NCBI RefSeq assembly: GCF_030684315.1
Contig: NC_081393.1
Coordinates: forward strand, 10,117,565 to 10,181,564
Source: Stegostoma tigrinum
Lineage: Eukaryota
Direction: 5' to 3'
Length of the DNA stretch: 64,000 nucleotides
A model generated the notes under the pieces. The model did no database searches and was not told the origin of the DNA. It worked only from the letters and a program-made list of their open reading frames with translations. Positions 24,040 to 36,000 of this stretch are shown here, one piece after another. How positions within the stretch are numbered: position 1 is the stretch's first letter; each line of letters starts with the position of its first letter. Position numbers and translations under genes: made by a program.

Positions 24040-27000
24040 CTGAAGAGACAAAAACAAGTCAGGCTTGCCTGCAGTAAAATATCAATTAAAGGTAACAGAT
24101 GTTAAAGGCCCTTTGAGGCAATTGCTTCACCTCAACGAATGAATAGGGAAAAAATACATGACATAACAAGAGGAATTCAGTCCATTTGGCCCTGGATATC
24201 CTTCATGTGAACACAGCCCTCTTCAGTTATCCAGCCTAGTCCAACGTTTCCTTCAAACATCTTTCCAATTAAACAGTGATTTTATTTCTGCATCAATTAA
24301 ATCTAGAAGTGAATTCAAACACCTCATGATTCTCCGTGTCTCTGAACTGTATTCTGAATTTAATTTTTTCTAGAATTTAACATGGTTTGGGGTGGGTGAA
24401 GGTAAGTCTTTAAATATTATAGTCTTGGCAGAATGGCATCAGGCGGGTTTGATGGACTGTCACATCTTTTTCCTCTCACCATCACACAATAGGCACAATA
24501 TTCCGGTTCTTGGAGGCAACAAGATAGACGACAAGAAAGGGAATGAAATGGGCGATTTGGCCCTTGAGTGATATTCGCACCGCTCTCACAAACTCACTAA
24601 TTTAGTTTTGGCTCAAAGTGGGACTTGCTCAACCTGCCACCAACCAAAGCCTTTTAAGTGGTCAATTAATGGCCTCTTAGGGGCCTTAATTCATCATTTT
24701 CCCAATAACCTGCCTTCCAGGCAGATGGGAAAGGTGACAAGCTATTGGGAGACACTGAATAGGGTATTTTCCCTAGAGCGTTGGAGGCTGAGGGGTGACT
24801 ATGTAAAGGTTTATAACATCATGAGAGACATGGATAGGGTGAATAACCAATGTCCTTTTTCCCCAGGGTAAGTAGGGTGTTACGGAGAGGAGTTCAAGTT
24901 CCTCTGATAATTAGACCTGATATAACCTGCCTTTCACCTCCCAATCAGTTATAAAGGAGAGGTTAAATGAAATGAAATCCTTTCACTCAATCTATAAGCA
25001 ATGAGAAATAATTTATCCAACTCTAACAGTGAACAAATTATCAAAATTACTAATGAACCAAACAATTCCACCTTAACTATGAACTATTCCTGAATATAAC
25101 AAAATTCTAATGGTATGCTGTTACAAGTCCCAATTACATAAAACAAACTAAAAAAAAATTAATACTTAATCTCTCAAATTACAGTCAAGATAAGTCTTCT
25201 GGAATGTTCTTTGCCTTCTCTGCTGATCCTCTGACAAGGGCACTTTTCTCCGTCAAATTCTGGTGTCTGAAACACCTCTGTCCGTCAAATTCTAATGTCA
25301 GGAATATTAACTGGGAGTGCTGTGGCACCTTTTAGATGGTGCTCGATCAGAAGGCTTAAGAATTTCTATGACAGCCAGAGTTGTACTCTTCTGATGCTAG
25401 TTCAGTGTCACCCTGATGTTCAAAAAGAAACCCTCCTTCTTACATACCCTTGATGACTTGTCACTTTTCTGACAATAGGATTGGTCTTAGGATGTGAACA
25501 CCCATCAGATTTGAATTCAATTGGTTTTTAGTCTCAAAGTACCTGGTTTAAATGAATTGGCTAATATTGAAGGTAGTTGGCTTAACAACAAAACAAGCCC
25601 AGGTTTCCAACCACACAGCCAATAAATACATCTGTTTCAATTTCAGGACTGTCTGTACATCTGCAGCTGCTTGCAGACATTTTTGTCTAAGTCTCCAAGC
25701 TACGAAAAGCACATCACCTCTTTCAAACAATTTCTAACTTGCTGTCTCCCGATTCACAAGTACTTCACACAACTTTGCAACAAGGGCATAGGTATAAAGT
25801 TAGAGGGGAAGGACTTAAAAGTGACCTATGGGCCAACTTTTTCAAGCAGAGGCTGGTGCGCATATGGAATGAGGTACAGAGGAAGTGGTGGAGGCTGGTA
25901 CAATTACATTTAAAAGGCATGTGGATGGGTACATGAATAGGAAGGGTTTAGAGGGATATGGGCCAAATGCTGGCAAATGGGACGAGATTAATTTAGGATA
26001 TCTGGTCGGCATGGACAAGTCAGATCACCGAGTCTGTTTCCAAGCTGTCCCACACTATGACAGTTTCCTTACGAGGAAATCACGGCTGCCCGTGCACAGG
26101 TTTCACAAAGTGAGGGGCTCTAATTGCTCCAGTTGGGGGTAATCAGAAGTATGGATGGGCTTGGATCAAGGGGCTGGGTTCAGAAGGTGACCTAATGCCC
26201 TCTCACTGCAATGCAAAGGTAGTCTGTTGTTGGTGATTGTCCTGAGCATCATGAGCAGCAATCCTGATCAGCATAAAGTCCTCGTGGATTGGTTATTGTC
26301 CAGCACATTTGTACCCATCTGTTCAAAAAGAGGCACCGAAGAACTTCTTCTAAGTACTTAAACTGCCTTTGCCTGCCTGAGAGGCTCGTGGCCATTCTGT
26401 AAGGGATGCAAACTTCTCTTGCAACCCCACCAGGAAAACTGAATGTTGGTGCCCTCGAGGTTGACTAGTCGCAGTGCAGAGAAGGACAAGAGATGTTTCA
26501 GAGTCAGTAAGTCCAGCTGCCCCCTCAGACAAAAATCAAGCTTAAATTTGGTTCAAGGCCAGAAAAATATTAAATGGTTTGCCAACCGCACCACCCCCCC
26601 CCCACCACCACCTCCCAATCCAATGTGTTGCAAAATGCTTTGCATTCATGGGTATCTAGAATTCCACTCGCAAACACTGGCACCTAATCCATGAGCAGCA
26701 ATCACATCAACATCCAGTGGGCAGGTAGATGCTCCAGGATACATTAAAATATTCACTCAGCCTTCATTGCACCTACGTCACCAGTGCACTCCATAGCACA
26801 GTCCTCAACTGACAATTAAAAACGAGGTATGCTGGTTGGTTTAACTGCTCGTTTAGAGTGAAGTTTTGGGTTGGTTTATTTCTTTGGCTGCTTGTACTTT
26901 GATACAAACCATATTTTGACTTACTCGGAACTTGTCCCCATTTGTGAAAATATCAATCTCAGCATTCAGCCACTTCCGGCCTTGGTTTCCAGAGACAGAC

Positions 27001-30000
27001 CACAGCTTATGCCAGGAAGTTGATTGTTCGTATTTCAGGAATACATTTAAGGAACCTGCAAGAAAGTGCATTCGGGCAGTCCATCAGGAGGTCCAATTTT
27101 CAACTGTTTTTTACTTCATAAACCCCTTGTGGTCCCCTGATTAAAAGGCTTCCAGAAAGAGACTGTAATTTGCAGTTGAATATGAGGAATCAAAAGCAAA
27201 TCTAAGATCACACATTGTTTTCATACAAGTGAACAGTATCTTTCTGCCTTTCGTGATCATTGCTCATGTTCAGTCCTGTTATGCCTCACCCTCAAGGAGC
27301 AATGTGGGCTGAAGCGTGACAGAAACCAGGAGTTCCTGCTCTTACTTCATACACAAATCCCTCCTCAATGCCCTTGACACATCAAAAGCACCACTTAGGT
27401 ACGCACACTGTCTCTCAACCTCCCTCCTCTGCTTTCTTCATGCATTGCATGGCAGTTTTATTAATGTCTTTGTTCTATTTCAGACAAGAGGTTAAATCAG
27501 TCAGGTTCTGTGCAAGTTACAGGTTATGACTGGAGTCTGCTGCTCGGACCCTCACAACTTACCCATGTGTTTCCCAAACATATTGTACCAGAATGTTAGG
27601 CACTTCTGCCCTCTCAGTGGAGGGCTGACGAGTGTTGCCTGTTCTCCACTCTGCTGAGGAAATGAAGCTTCCAGGTATAGATAGCGACCTGTATTGAAGA
27701 AAAATTGGTCAAACAAACCATCTGATCACCAGAATCATCAGAAGCAGAAATACACAGCATCACGAAACAAAAATCTATTGCAATTGAGAATCTTTGTGTA
27801 AGTCCTGACATTTCCAAATTTACATATTCTTGGTACGAATTCCGAATGTAGACTCTCAAACAACAAAGAATTTTGAACCCCATCGTCATAAATTGTCCTT
27901 TGGTTACTCTATTCCGTTCAGCATATCCCACACCACTCAACATGACTTAATCCTTCCATTCCTACTTTCAACCTTGTGAATCCACAGAAACTTTTTCCCA
28001 GTGGTCTTGAACAACCTTCTCTGCAGGGACCCAAACTGCCCACTGTCAAACAATCAACAATTCAATCACACTCCAACACAGAAGATATCCGGTCAGCAGG
28101 GACATCGACTGAAGGGTCTGTTTCCATGCTGTACATCTCTACAAGAAGTCTTATGGTTACGTCACTAGACTCAGAATCCAAAGACTAGATGATTCAGTTG
28201 TAGGTATGAGTTCCATCATTTTGTGAACTGAAGTTAAAGCAGAGAAAATGTTGGAGAAACTCAGTAGGTCAGGCAACATCTGTGAAGACAGAAACAGAGT
28301 TGACATTTCGAGACTGATTGCATTTTCTTTCAAGATGCTGCCAGACCTGCTGCATTTCTCCAGAATTTTTTTGTATTTGTTTAAGATTTCCAGCATCCTC
28401 AGAATTTGGTTTTATGTGAACTGAAACCTACTGAATTCAATATTGCAATAAAAAGTTACCATCAGCAAAAATAATCACAACTGGATTGGTGTAAAATCCA
28501 TTGGTTCACTCATGCTGATGGAAGGGGAAATCAACCATCCATTCCGATTGGACCAACACATAACTCCCGACCCAAATGACTGAAAAACTGATGGGAAGGC
28601 TGCACAGATTAATGATCACTTTCGTAGCAATGTCCACATCCTTTGAAACATGAAATCATTTTTAAAATATTCCACAGGAGAAAAAACACTTCAAAACAAA
28701 CCTTCTAAATGTTCAGAAATTTACATATTCTGGTTTTCTTTTCTTTCTATTGTCTCTATCTTGGGGGAAAAAGAAACACTGTCCCATGCTTCCTTCTCTG
28801 CTGTCATATGAATGGCTCAAAACACATTCGATTTTCCCTTACCTCCTCGGGCTTTGCACTGGCCTTTCGTATGGTCACGTTTAGGTCCTGTCTCTCTTGA
28901 GGTCGTTTGGTACCGATGAAGCACCCAGTCAAAGTCATCTGTTGTGGATTGTTCCCAGTCACACAGACCAAGCTCAAAGTCACAAAACAGTTCCACAGCA
29001 AGGTTGTCAGGCAACACTGACTGAGTGGGAGAAATCAAATGCACATCATACAAGGGAGTAATTGCCACAGTTTTGTCCCATGAAGTCGAAGTCGCTGGAG
29101 AAATTATTGTCTGGATGGTTGTGGTGCCGTTTACCACAAAGGAGGCAGATGCTGGCAGCACCTCTGCAGAAGAGGCAGATGATAATATGGTCTCGGTGGG
29201 GAGAATCACTACTGGTATAATGTCTGCGGAGGGAATAAGCACTGGCAGAGTCTCTGCAGGGGGAGTGGGCACAGGCAGAGTCTCTGCAGGGGGAATGGGC
29301 ACAGGCAGAGTCTCTGCAGGGGGAATGGGCACTGGCAGAGTCTCAGTACGGGACGTGGATAGTGACAGAGACTCCACAGGGGGGGTGAACACTGGCAGAG
29401 CATCTGTGGCAGGAGTGGACATGGACAGAGTCACTGCGGAGGGAGTCAACACTGGCAGAGTGTCTGTGGGAGGAGTCGACACTGGCAGAGAGTCTGGGGG
29501 GGGAGTTGACACTGGCAGAGTGTCTATGGGAGGAGTTGACACTGGCAGAGTGTCTATGGGAGGAGTCGACACTGGCAGAGAGTCTGGGGGGGGAGTTGAC
29601 ACTGGCAGAGTGTCTGTGGATAAAGTCGACACTGGCAGAGTGTCTATGGGAGGAGTTGACACTGGCAGAGTGTCTGTAGGAGTCGTCGACACTGGCAGAG
29701 TGTCTGTAGGAGGAGTCAACACTGGCTGAGTGTCTGTGGAGGAAGTTGACACTGGCAGAGTGTCTATGGAAGGGGACGACACTGGCTGAGTGTCTGCGGA
29801 GAAGGTCGACACTGGCAGAGTGTCTGCAGTTGAAGTCGACACTGGCTGAGTGTCTGTGGAGGAAGTTGACACTGGCAGAGTGTCTATGGAAGGGGACGAC
29901 ACTGGCAGTGTGTCTGCGGGAGGAGTTGACACTGGCAGAGTGTCTGTAGGAGTTGTTGACACTGGCAGAGTGTCTGTAGGAGTCGTCGACACTGGCAGAG

Positions 30001-33000
30001 TGTCTGCGGAGGAAGTCGACACTGGCAGTGTGTCTATGGAAGGGGACGACAGTGGCAGTGTGTCTATGGAAGGGGACGACACTGGCAGTGTGTCTGTGGG
30101 AGGAGTCAGCATTGGCAGAGTGTCTGTAGGAGTCGTCGACACTGGCAGAGTGTCTGCAGAGGAAGTAGACACTGGCAGAGTGTCTATGGAAGGGGACGAC
30201 ACTGGCAGTGTGTCTGCGGGAGGAGTCGACACTGGCAGAGTGTCTGTAGGAGTCGTCAACACTGGCAGAGTGTCTGTGGAGCAAGTTGACACTGGCAGAG
30301 TGTCTGTGGAAGGGGACGACACTGGCAGTGTGTCTGCGGGAGGAGTTGACACTGGCAGAGTGTCTGTAGGAGTTGTTGACACTGGCAGAGTGTCTGTAGG
30401 AGTCGTCGACACTGGCAGAGTGTCTGCGGAGGAAGTTGACACTGGCAGAGTGTCTGTGGAAGGGGATGACACTGGCAGAGTGTCTGCGGAGGAAGTCGAC
30501 ACTGGCAGTGTGTCTATGGAAGGGGACGACAGTGGCAGTGTGTCTATGGAAGGGGACGACACTGGCAGTGTGTCTGTGGGAGGAGTCAGCATTGGCAGAG
30601 TGTCTGTAGGAGTCGTCGACACTGGCAGAGTGTCTGCAGAGGAAGTAGACACTGGCAGAGTGTCTATGGAAGGGGACGACACTGGCAGTGTGTCTGCGGG
30701 AGGAGTCGACACTGGCAGAGTGTCTGTAGGAGTCGTCAACACTGGCAGAGTGTCTGTGGAGCAAGTTGACACTGGCAGAGTGTCTGTGGAAGGGGACGAC
30801 ACTGGCAGTGTGTCTGCGGGAGGAGTTGACACTGGCAGAGTGTCTGTAGGAGTCGTCGACACTGGCAGAGTGTCTGCGGATGAAGTAGACACTGGCAGAG
30901 TGTCTGCGGAGGAAGTAGTCACTGGCAGAGTGTCTGTGGGAGGAGTCGACACTGGCAGAGTGTCTGTAGGAGTCGTCAACACTGGCAGAGTGTCTGCGGA
31001 GCAAGTTGACACTGGCAGAGTGTCTGTGGAAGGGGATGACACTGGCAGTGTGTCTGCGGGAGGAGTTGACACTGGCAGAGTGTCTGTAGGAGTCGTTGAC
31101 ACTGGCAGAGTGTCTGCGGAGGAAGTAGTCACTGGCAGAGTGTCTGTGGGAGGAGTCAACATTGGCAGAGTGTCTGTAGGAGTCGTCAACACTGGCAGAG
31201 TGTCTGCGGGAGGAGTCGACACTGGCAGAGTGTCTGCGGGAGGAGTCGACACTGGCAGAGTGTCTGTGGGGGAGATGGACACCAACAGGTTGTCACCAGG
31301 TCGAGTGGATGCCTTCTCCCAACAAGCATGACCTCTGGTTTTCAGAAGAAAATGCATCTTTTTTTCATATGAGGACCCTACTAGCGCACTTCTCTGTGTG
31401 GCCATTCTGTTGGGAATCTCTGTGAAAAGAGTCTCAGGTACTCCTGTGGTTTCCTTTATCGAGACACTAGAATGCAGAGGCCTGGCTGGCATTTCAAACT
31501 GGCTGGCTGTATTCATCGATTTCAAGTGACCATTCTTCTGTGTGCCAGTGATCAGAGAATGAAAAGGTAATTTTTTTTTATGGCTCTGATTTGGAATTAG
31601 GTCAGGAATATTCAATGAATAACTTAAATTGATCAGCGTGGGAACAAGTACAACTGACGACAGAGTCTGATGAGTAACATTGCTGGTTTGTATATGTGCG
31701 TCTGGAAGATTAGGCCAGCTGACTGGTTGAAGACCTTGCTGACCAGTGGTCAATAAGTCAGCCAGAAACCGCACTGTCGCTTGAGTCTGGGTGTCAGATT
31801 TAACTGTGTGCAGAGATGCTGCCAATGGTTCAATCTTATCTGTTGGCTTTTGGCTGTGTGGATGCAAAACATGTTCCTTGGTACAGCATCTGACGCATGT
31901 TCTGGGGCAAAGTGCAGGTCCTTGACCTAGAGATCTCTGCGCCAGTGTGGGAGACATTGAATGCAGAGATGAGTCCATAGTCGCTGAGTTTGTCAACAGA
32001 CTCTGAGCAAAAGGCAAACGTAGAAATGTCTTAGCCTCTCCTTTACTGACCTGAGCCCTAACAGGCCTGCTCTGGTCCCCCGATGCTTCAGTGGCTGATT
32101 CCTTGAATGCTGTGATGAAAGAAGTATTGTAGACTTCAGGCCCTGACTTAGTCAGTCGACTAATAGGTGCACACTTGCGTAGGAGAATGCATTTGGGATA
32201 TTCATGCACAATGGCCGTACTTTGATCCACTGTGGACCCATTCCCACGCAAACTCACCACCTGCTGTTCTGGCATATGAACTCTCACTTTAGCTGTTTCA
32301 GGAGAGATATTCAAAAGAGGTTTTAATCTCTCTGCTTCTTTGGTTCTTCCAAGTTCACGCAAGGAACCACTTTCATTGAGCAAAGGAAGACCTAAGGTGT
32401 TTTGGGTGGGATGGGGTGGAAGGAAAGGGAACAATTTAAATCAGGATTTACAACTTTAAAATGTCAGGTGTTCAGGTATCACATGTTAAGAGACAATGCA
32501 GAAGGAAACAACTCAATCCACAATATCCATGATGGAGCTCTGTATCAGCAGTCCCTGGACATGAGGAGGAAGCTTGCCACAGAGTATATCGTGCGTAAAA
32601 AACAACTGCACAGCAGGTGGGGCAGTTGTGGCACAGCAACCATCACATGGTTCTGGCAGGCCAAGAAACATATCCACTCTTCCTGCCAGCTCTATGTGCT
32701 TTGAAAGGATTTTTAAGTTGCCATTCAATCTGTTTCAGCCACCTTTCCAACTTAGCTCCAGACCTGGTGGCAATGGAATTTATCTGATTCGTTCCATTCC
32801 CCGGCTTATTGTCCATAGCTCAGTAATAGTTTCTCCATTCAAATATTTTTCCAGTTCTCTTCTAAATGCTACCCTTGGATCTGCTTCCACCACCGTTATG
32901 CAAACATTCAAGATCATCACCCAATGCATTTAAAAGAAACATCGAACTGTTCCTCACCTTAGCTCTTCATCGCTACCTTCACTCTGTGTTTTCTGATCAT

Positions 33001-36000
33001 CAATCGACCATTTTAACAACCGGTCCTCATTTGTAACATCAAGACCCTCCCCACTATTGAACACTTAACCAAGTCTCTTTTGCTCCAAAAGGCACAACCC
33101 CAGCAGCTTCAATCTGAAGCAGAGTGGTAAAGGCAGCCACTCAGTGCAGAGAAGAAGAAACACTGACCAGAGAACTTGCATATTCTTCTATCACAGCATC
33201 ATCAGGACTCATGAAGATGGAAGTGGGCCAGAGCACCCTCTCCCTCAATGCAGGCAAGTGGACCAAGTTAATAATCAAAAATAATTATGTCCACATACAT
33301 AGAAAGAGAGACTTGACCAATCCAGACAGAAAGCTGTGACTCAAGGCTGTTGTGTGAAGGACATGCGTTGGAATTGAAAGGAATGTGCTGAACCACAGCT
33401 CCTGATATGTCACTGATATTAAACAGTGAAAACCAAATCAGCAATCCTCTTCAAAAGGCATTTAAATCTTCAGACAAAGTTTTCTACTATTTTTGTTTGA
33501 ACATAAGAATGTTTGTTATGGGATCACGACCTTCTTACGCAGAAAGACTTCTGTATCTGCAATCTCGAAACACATACAAGCAGCAGACTGTACCAACACT
33601 GAGATATATCTACATACCATTCTCCTTGTCCAATGTCATTTTTATCAGACAGATAAAAGGATTCACTGTTCATTGAAGAACAGATGGACACTACCCACCT
33701 ACCTAGCTAGGATAAGAGACATTGTCAAACTGCAAAGCCAAGAATCACGAATATTCCATCCCTGATCACATGAGGGTCAATGAATGTGAACCTAATTTGA
33801 TAGATTCTTCAGATGGCTCTTTGATTGAAACCTTCTCTTGTGCATATCGTGGCAAAACAATCACTCCCTCAGGCTGCAACTCCAGGTTCTTTGCTTAAAA
33901 CTGGAACAAGCTCCCACAAAAGCCTTTTAAAAACTTGTGGATCACATGGATGCTTATCAAAGACATGACAGATCCAGGTCTAATTCAGGAACACTTAAAG
34001 AAACATAAGATTTGGTGGGAAGAACCTAAATAACCATCAGCAATGCACTGACAGCAAAAATGATTTAATTCCCACCCTCGCAAATAAAGGATTCAGGGGC
34101 AAGCAGAAAGCCGGTGCCAGGTGAGAAAAATCACTCGAAATCTGTGACACCAAGTGGGAGCTGAACAGAAAAATCCAAAAAAGTGCCTTTTAATGCAAAT
34201 CTGCTGTGATCATTAACAAAAACCAGCGGAAACTTTGATTTCTTCCTTGTTTCTCACACAGGTTGAAGAAGATTGAGACTTATTCACAGTCTTACGTTTC
34301 AAAACATTGGCCTTATCTTTGAGGTGCATGGTGCAGTTGTACAGTCGATTGATCTTCAACAAGTCGAGCTCACTCAGACGAATTCGCTGGCCAATCATAA
34401 TATCTGTTTCTATTAGAGGTCTCAGGGTTGGCTGTCCATTCTTGGAAAATGCAGTCCTACAATTGAGTAAAAATTATACTGTATATTAAATCATGCCTGA
34501 TGACTGAAAACTTGCATATAATCACACCAACACTTTATAACAAGTCCTAAGGGCCTCACAGGAGTGTTATCAAATAAATTTTGAAACCAAGACACATGAT
34601 AAGCTGTGACAGTCAACAGAATTATCGTCATCAAGGCCCACAGCAGAGGAAAAGGATCCTGAGGCCACTGGGTCCATGCTGGTCAAAAACTACCAGCTAA
34701 CTATTCACAGGGATAATGGGAACTGCAGATGCTGGAGAATCCAAGATAACAAAGTGTGGGGCTGGATGAACAGAGCAGGCCCAGCAGCATTTCAGGAGCA
34801 CAAAAGCTGACGTTTTGAGCCTAGACCGCTCTCTGATGAAGGGTCTAGGCTCGAAACGTCAGCTTTTGTGCTCCTGAGATGCTGCTTGGCCTACTGTGTT
34901 CATCCAGTTACACACTTTGTTAGCTAACTATTCTCATCTCATTTTCCAGCACTTAGCCCAGAGTTGTATGCCTTGGCATCACAAGAGTACCTCTGAACAC
35001 TTCTTTAATGTTTTGAGAGCTTCTGCCTCTTAGGCAGTACTCAGGCAGTAGGTTCCAGGTTCCCAGCAACCTCAGGGTGAAAACTTTTTTCCTCACACCC
35101 TCTGAAATATCATGCCCCCTAACCTTAAATTTATGCCCCCGGTCACTGATCCGATTCATCACGGGGAGAAGTTTCTTCCTATCAACCCTGTTTATGCCCC
35201 TCATGAATTTATGAATCTCAATTTTGTCACCCTCAGTCTCCTCTGCTTCAAGGAAAACAACCCAAGTCTGTTCAATCCCTCTTCCTATCTAAACATCTCC
35301 AACCCAGGCAACATCCTGGTCAGTCTCTTCTGCACCCTCTCCAGTGTAATCACCTCACTCCTAAAATTTGGATTCCAGAACTGCACACAATACTCAAAAT
35401 GCAGCCGAACTAATCTTTTAGACAGTTCCAGTATCATCTCCCTGCACTTCAACTGTATGCCTCAGCTATGAAAGGTGAGTATCCCAAATGCCTTCTTAAC
35501 CACTTAATATTCCTGTCCTTCCACCTGAAGGGACCGCTGGGCACGCACACCAAGGTCCCTCTGATCCACCTTGGGTGCTAGCTAAGGTTCCACTGTTAAT
35601 CCTGTATTCCCTTGCTTTTTTTGTGGTGTCCAAGTGCATTGCCTCATGTTAAATGATCTGGATTAAATTCTATTTGTCAATGATCAACCCATCTAACCAG
35701 CACCTTCCTATTCTTCAGTAATCTATGGTTTACCTCTTCACAATTTACCACCAATTTTCATATCATCTGCAACTTTAACGATAAACTCTCCTGCATTCAA
35801 TCTAAATCAAATATATTTATCACAAACAGCAAGGGCATCAACACTAATCCCTGTGGAACCCCCACGGGACACAGGTTTCCTACGACCCTCCACTTCCTAT
35901 AACTTGGCCAACTGCAGATTCAAGTAGCCAAGTTCCCCTGGATTCCATGGACTCTGAGATTTGCTTTCAGTCTCCCATGTGGCACTTTATCTGAGGCCTT

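Noticed and set aside
29240-31270. CRISPR-like look of a constant core plus a variable segment
   Set aside because: The period is only 30 bp, the variable parts recur instead of being unique spacers, there are no cas genes, and the context is a eukaryotic coding exon.
29025-31331. Long plus-strand ORFs (29025-29729, 29850-31331) and the His/Arg/Ser-rich alternative minus frame (29343-31004)
   Set aside because: These are shadows of a 30-bp repeat that lacks stops in those frames. Only the PTS frame continues into flanking unique sequence and the MAM domain.
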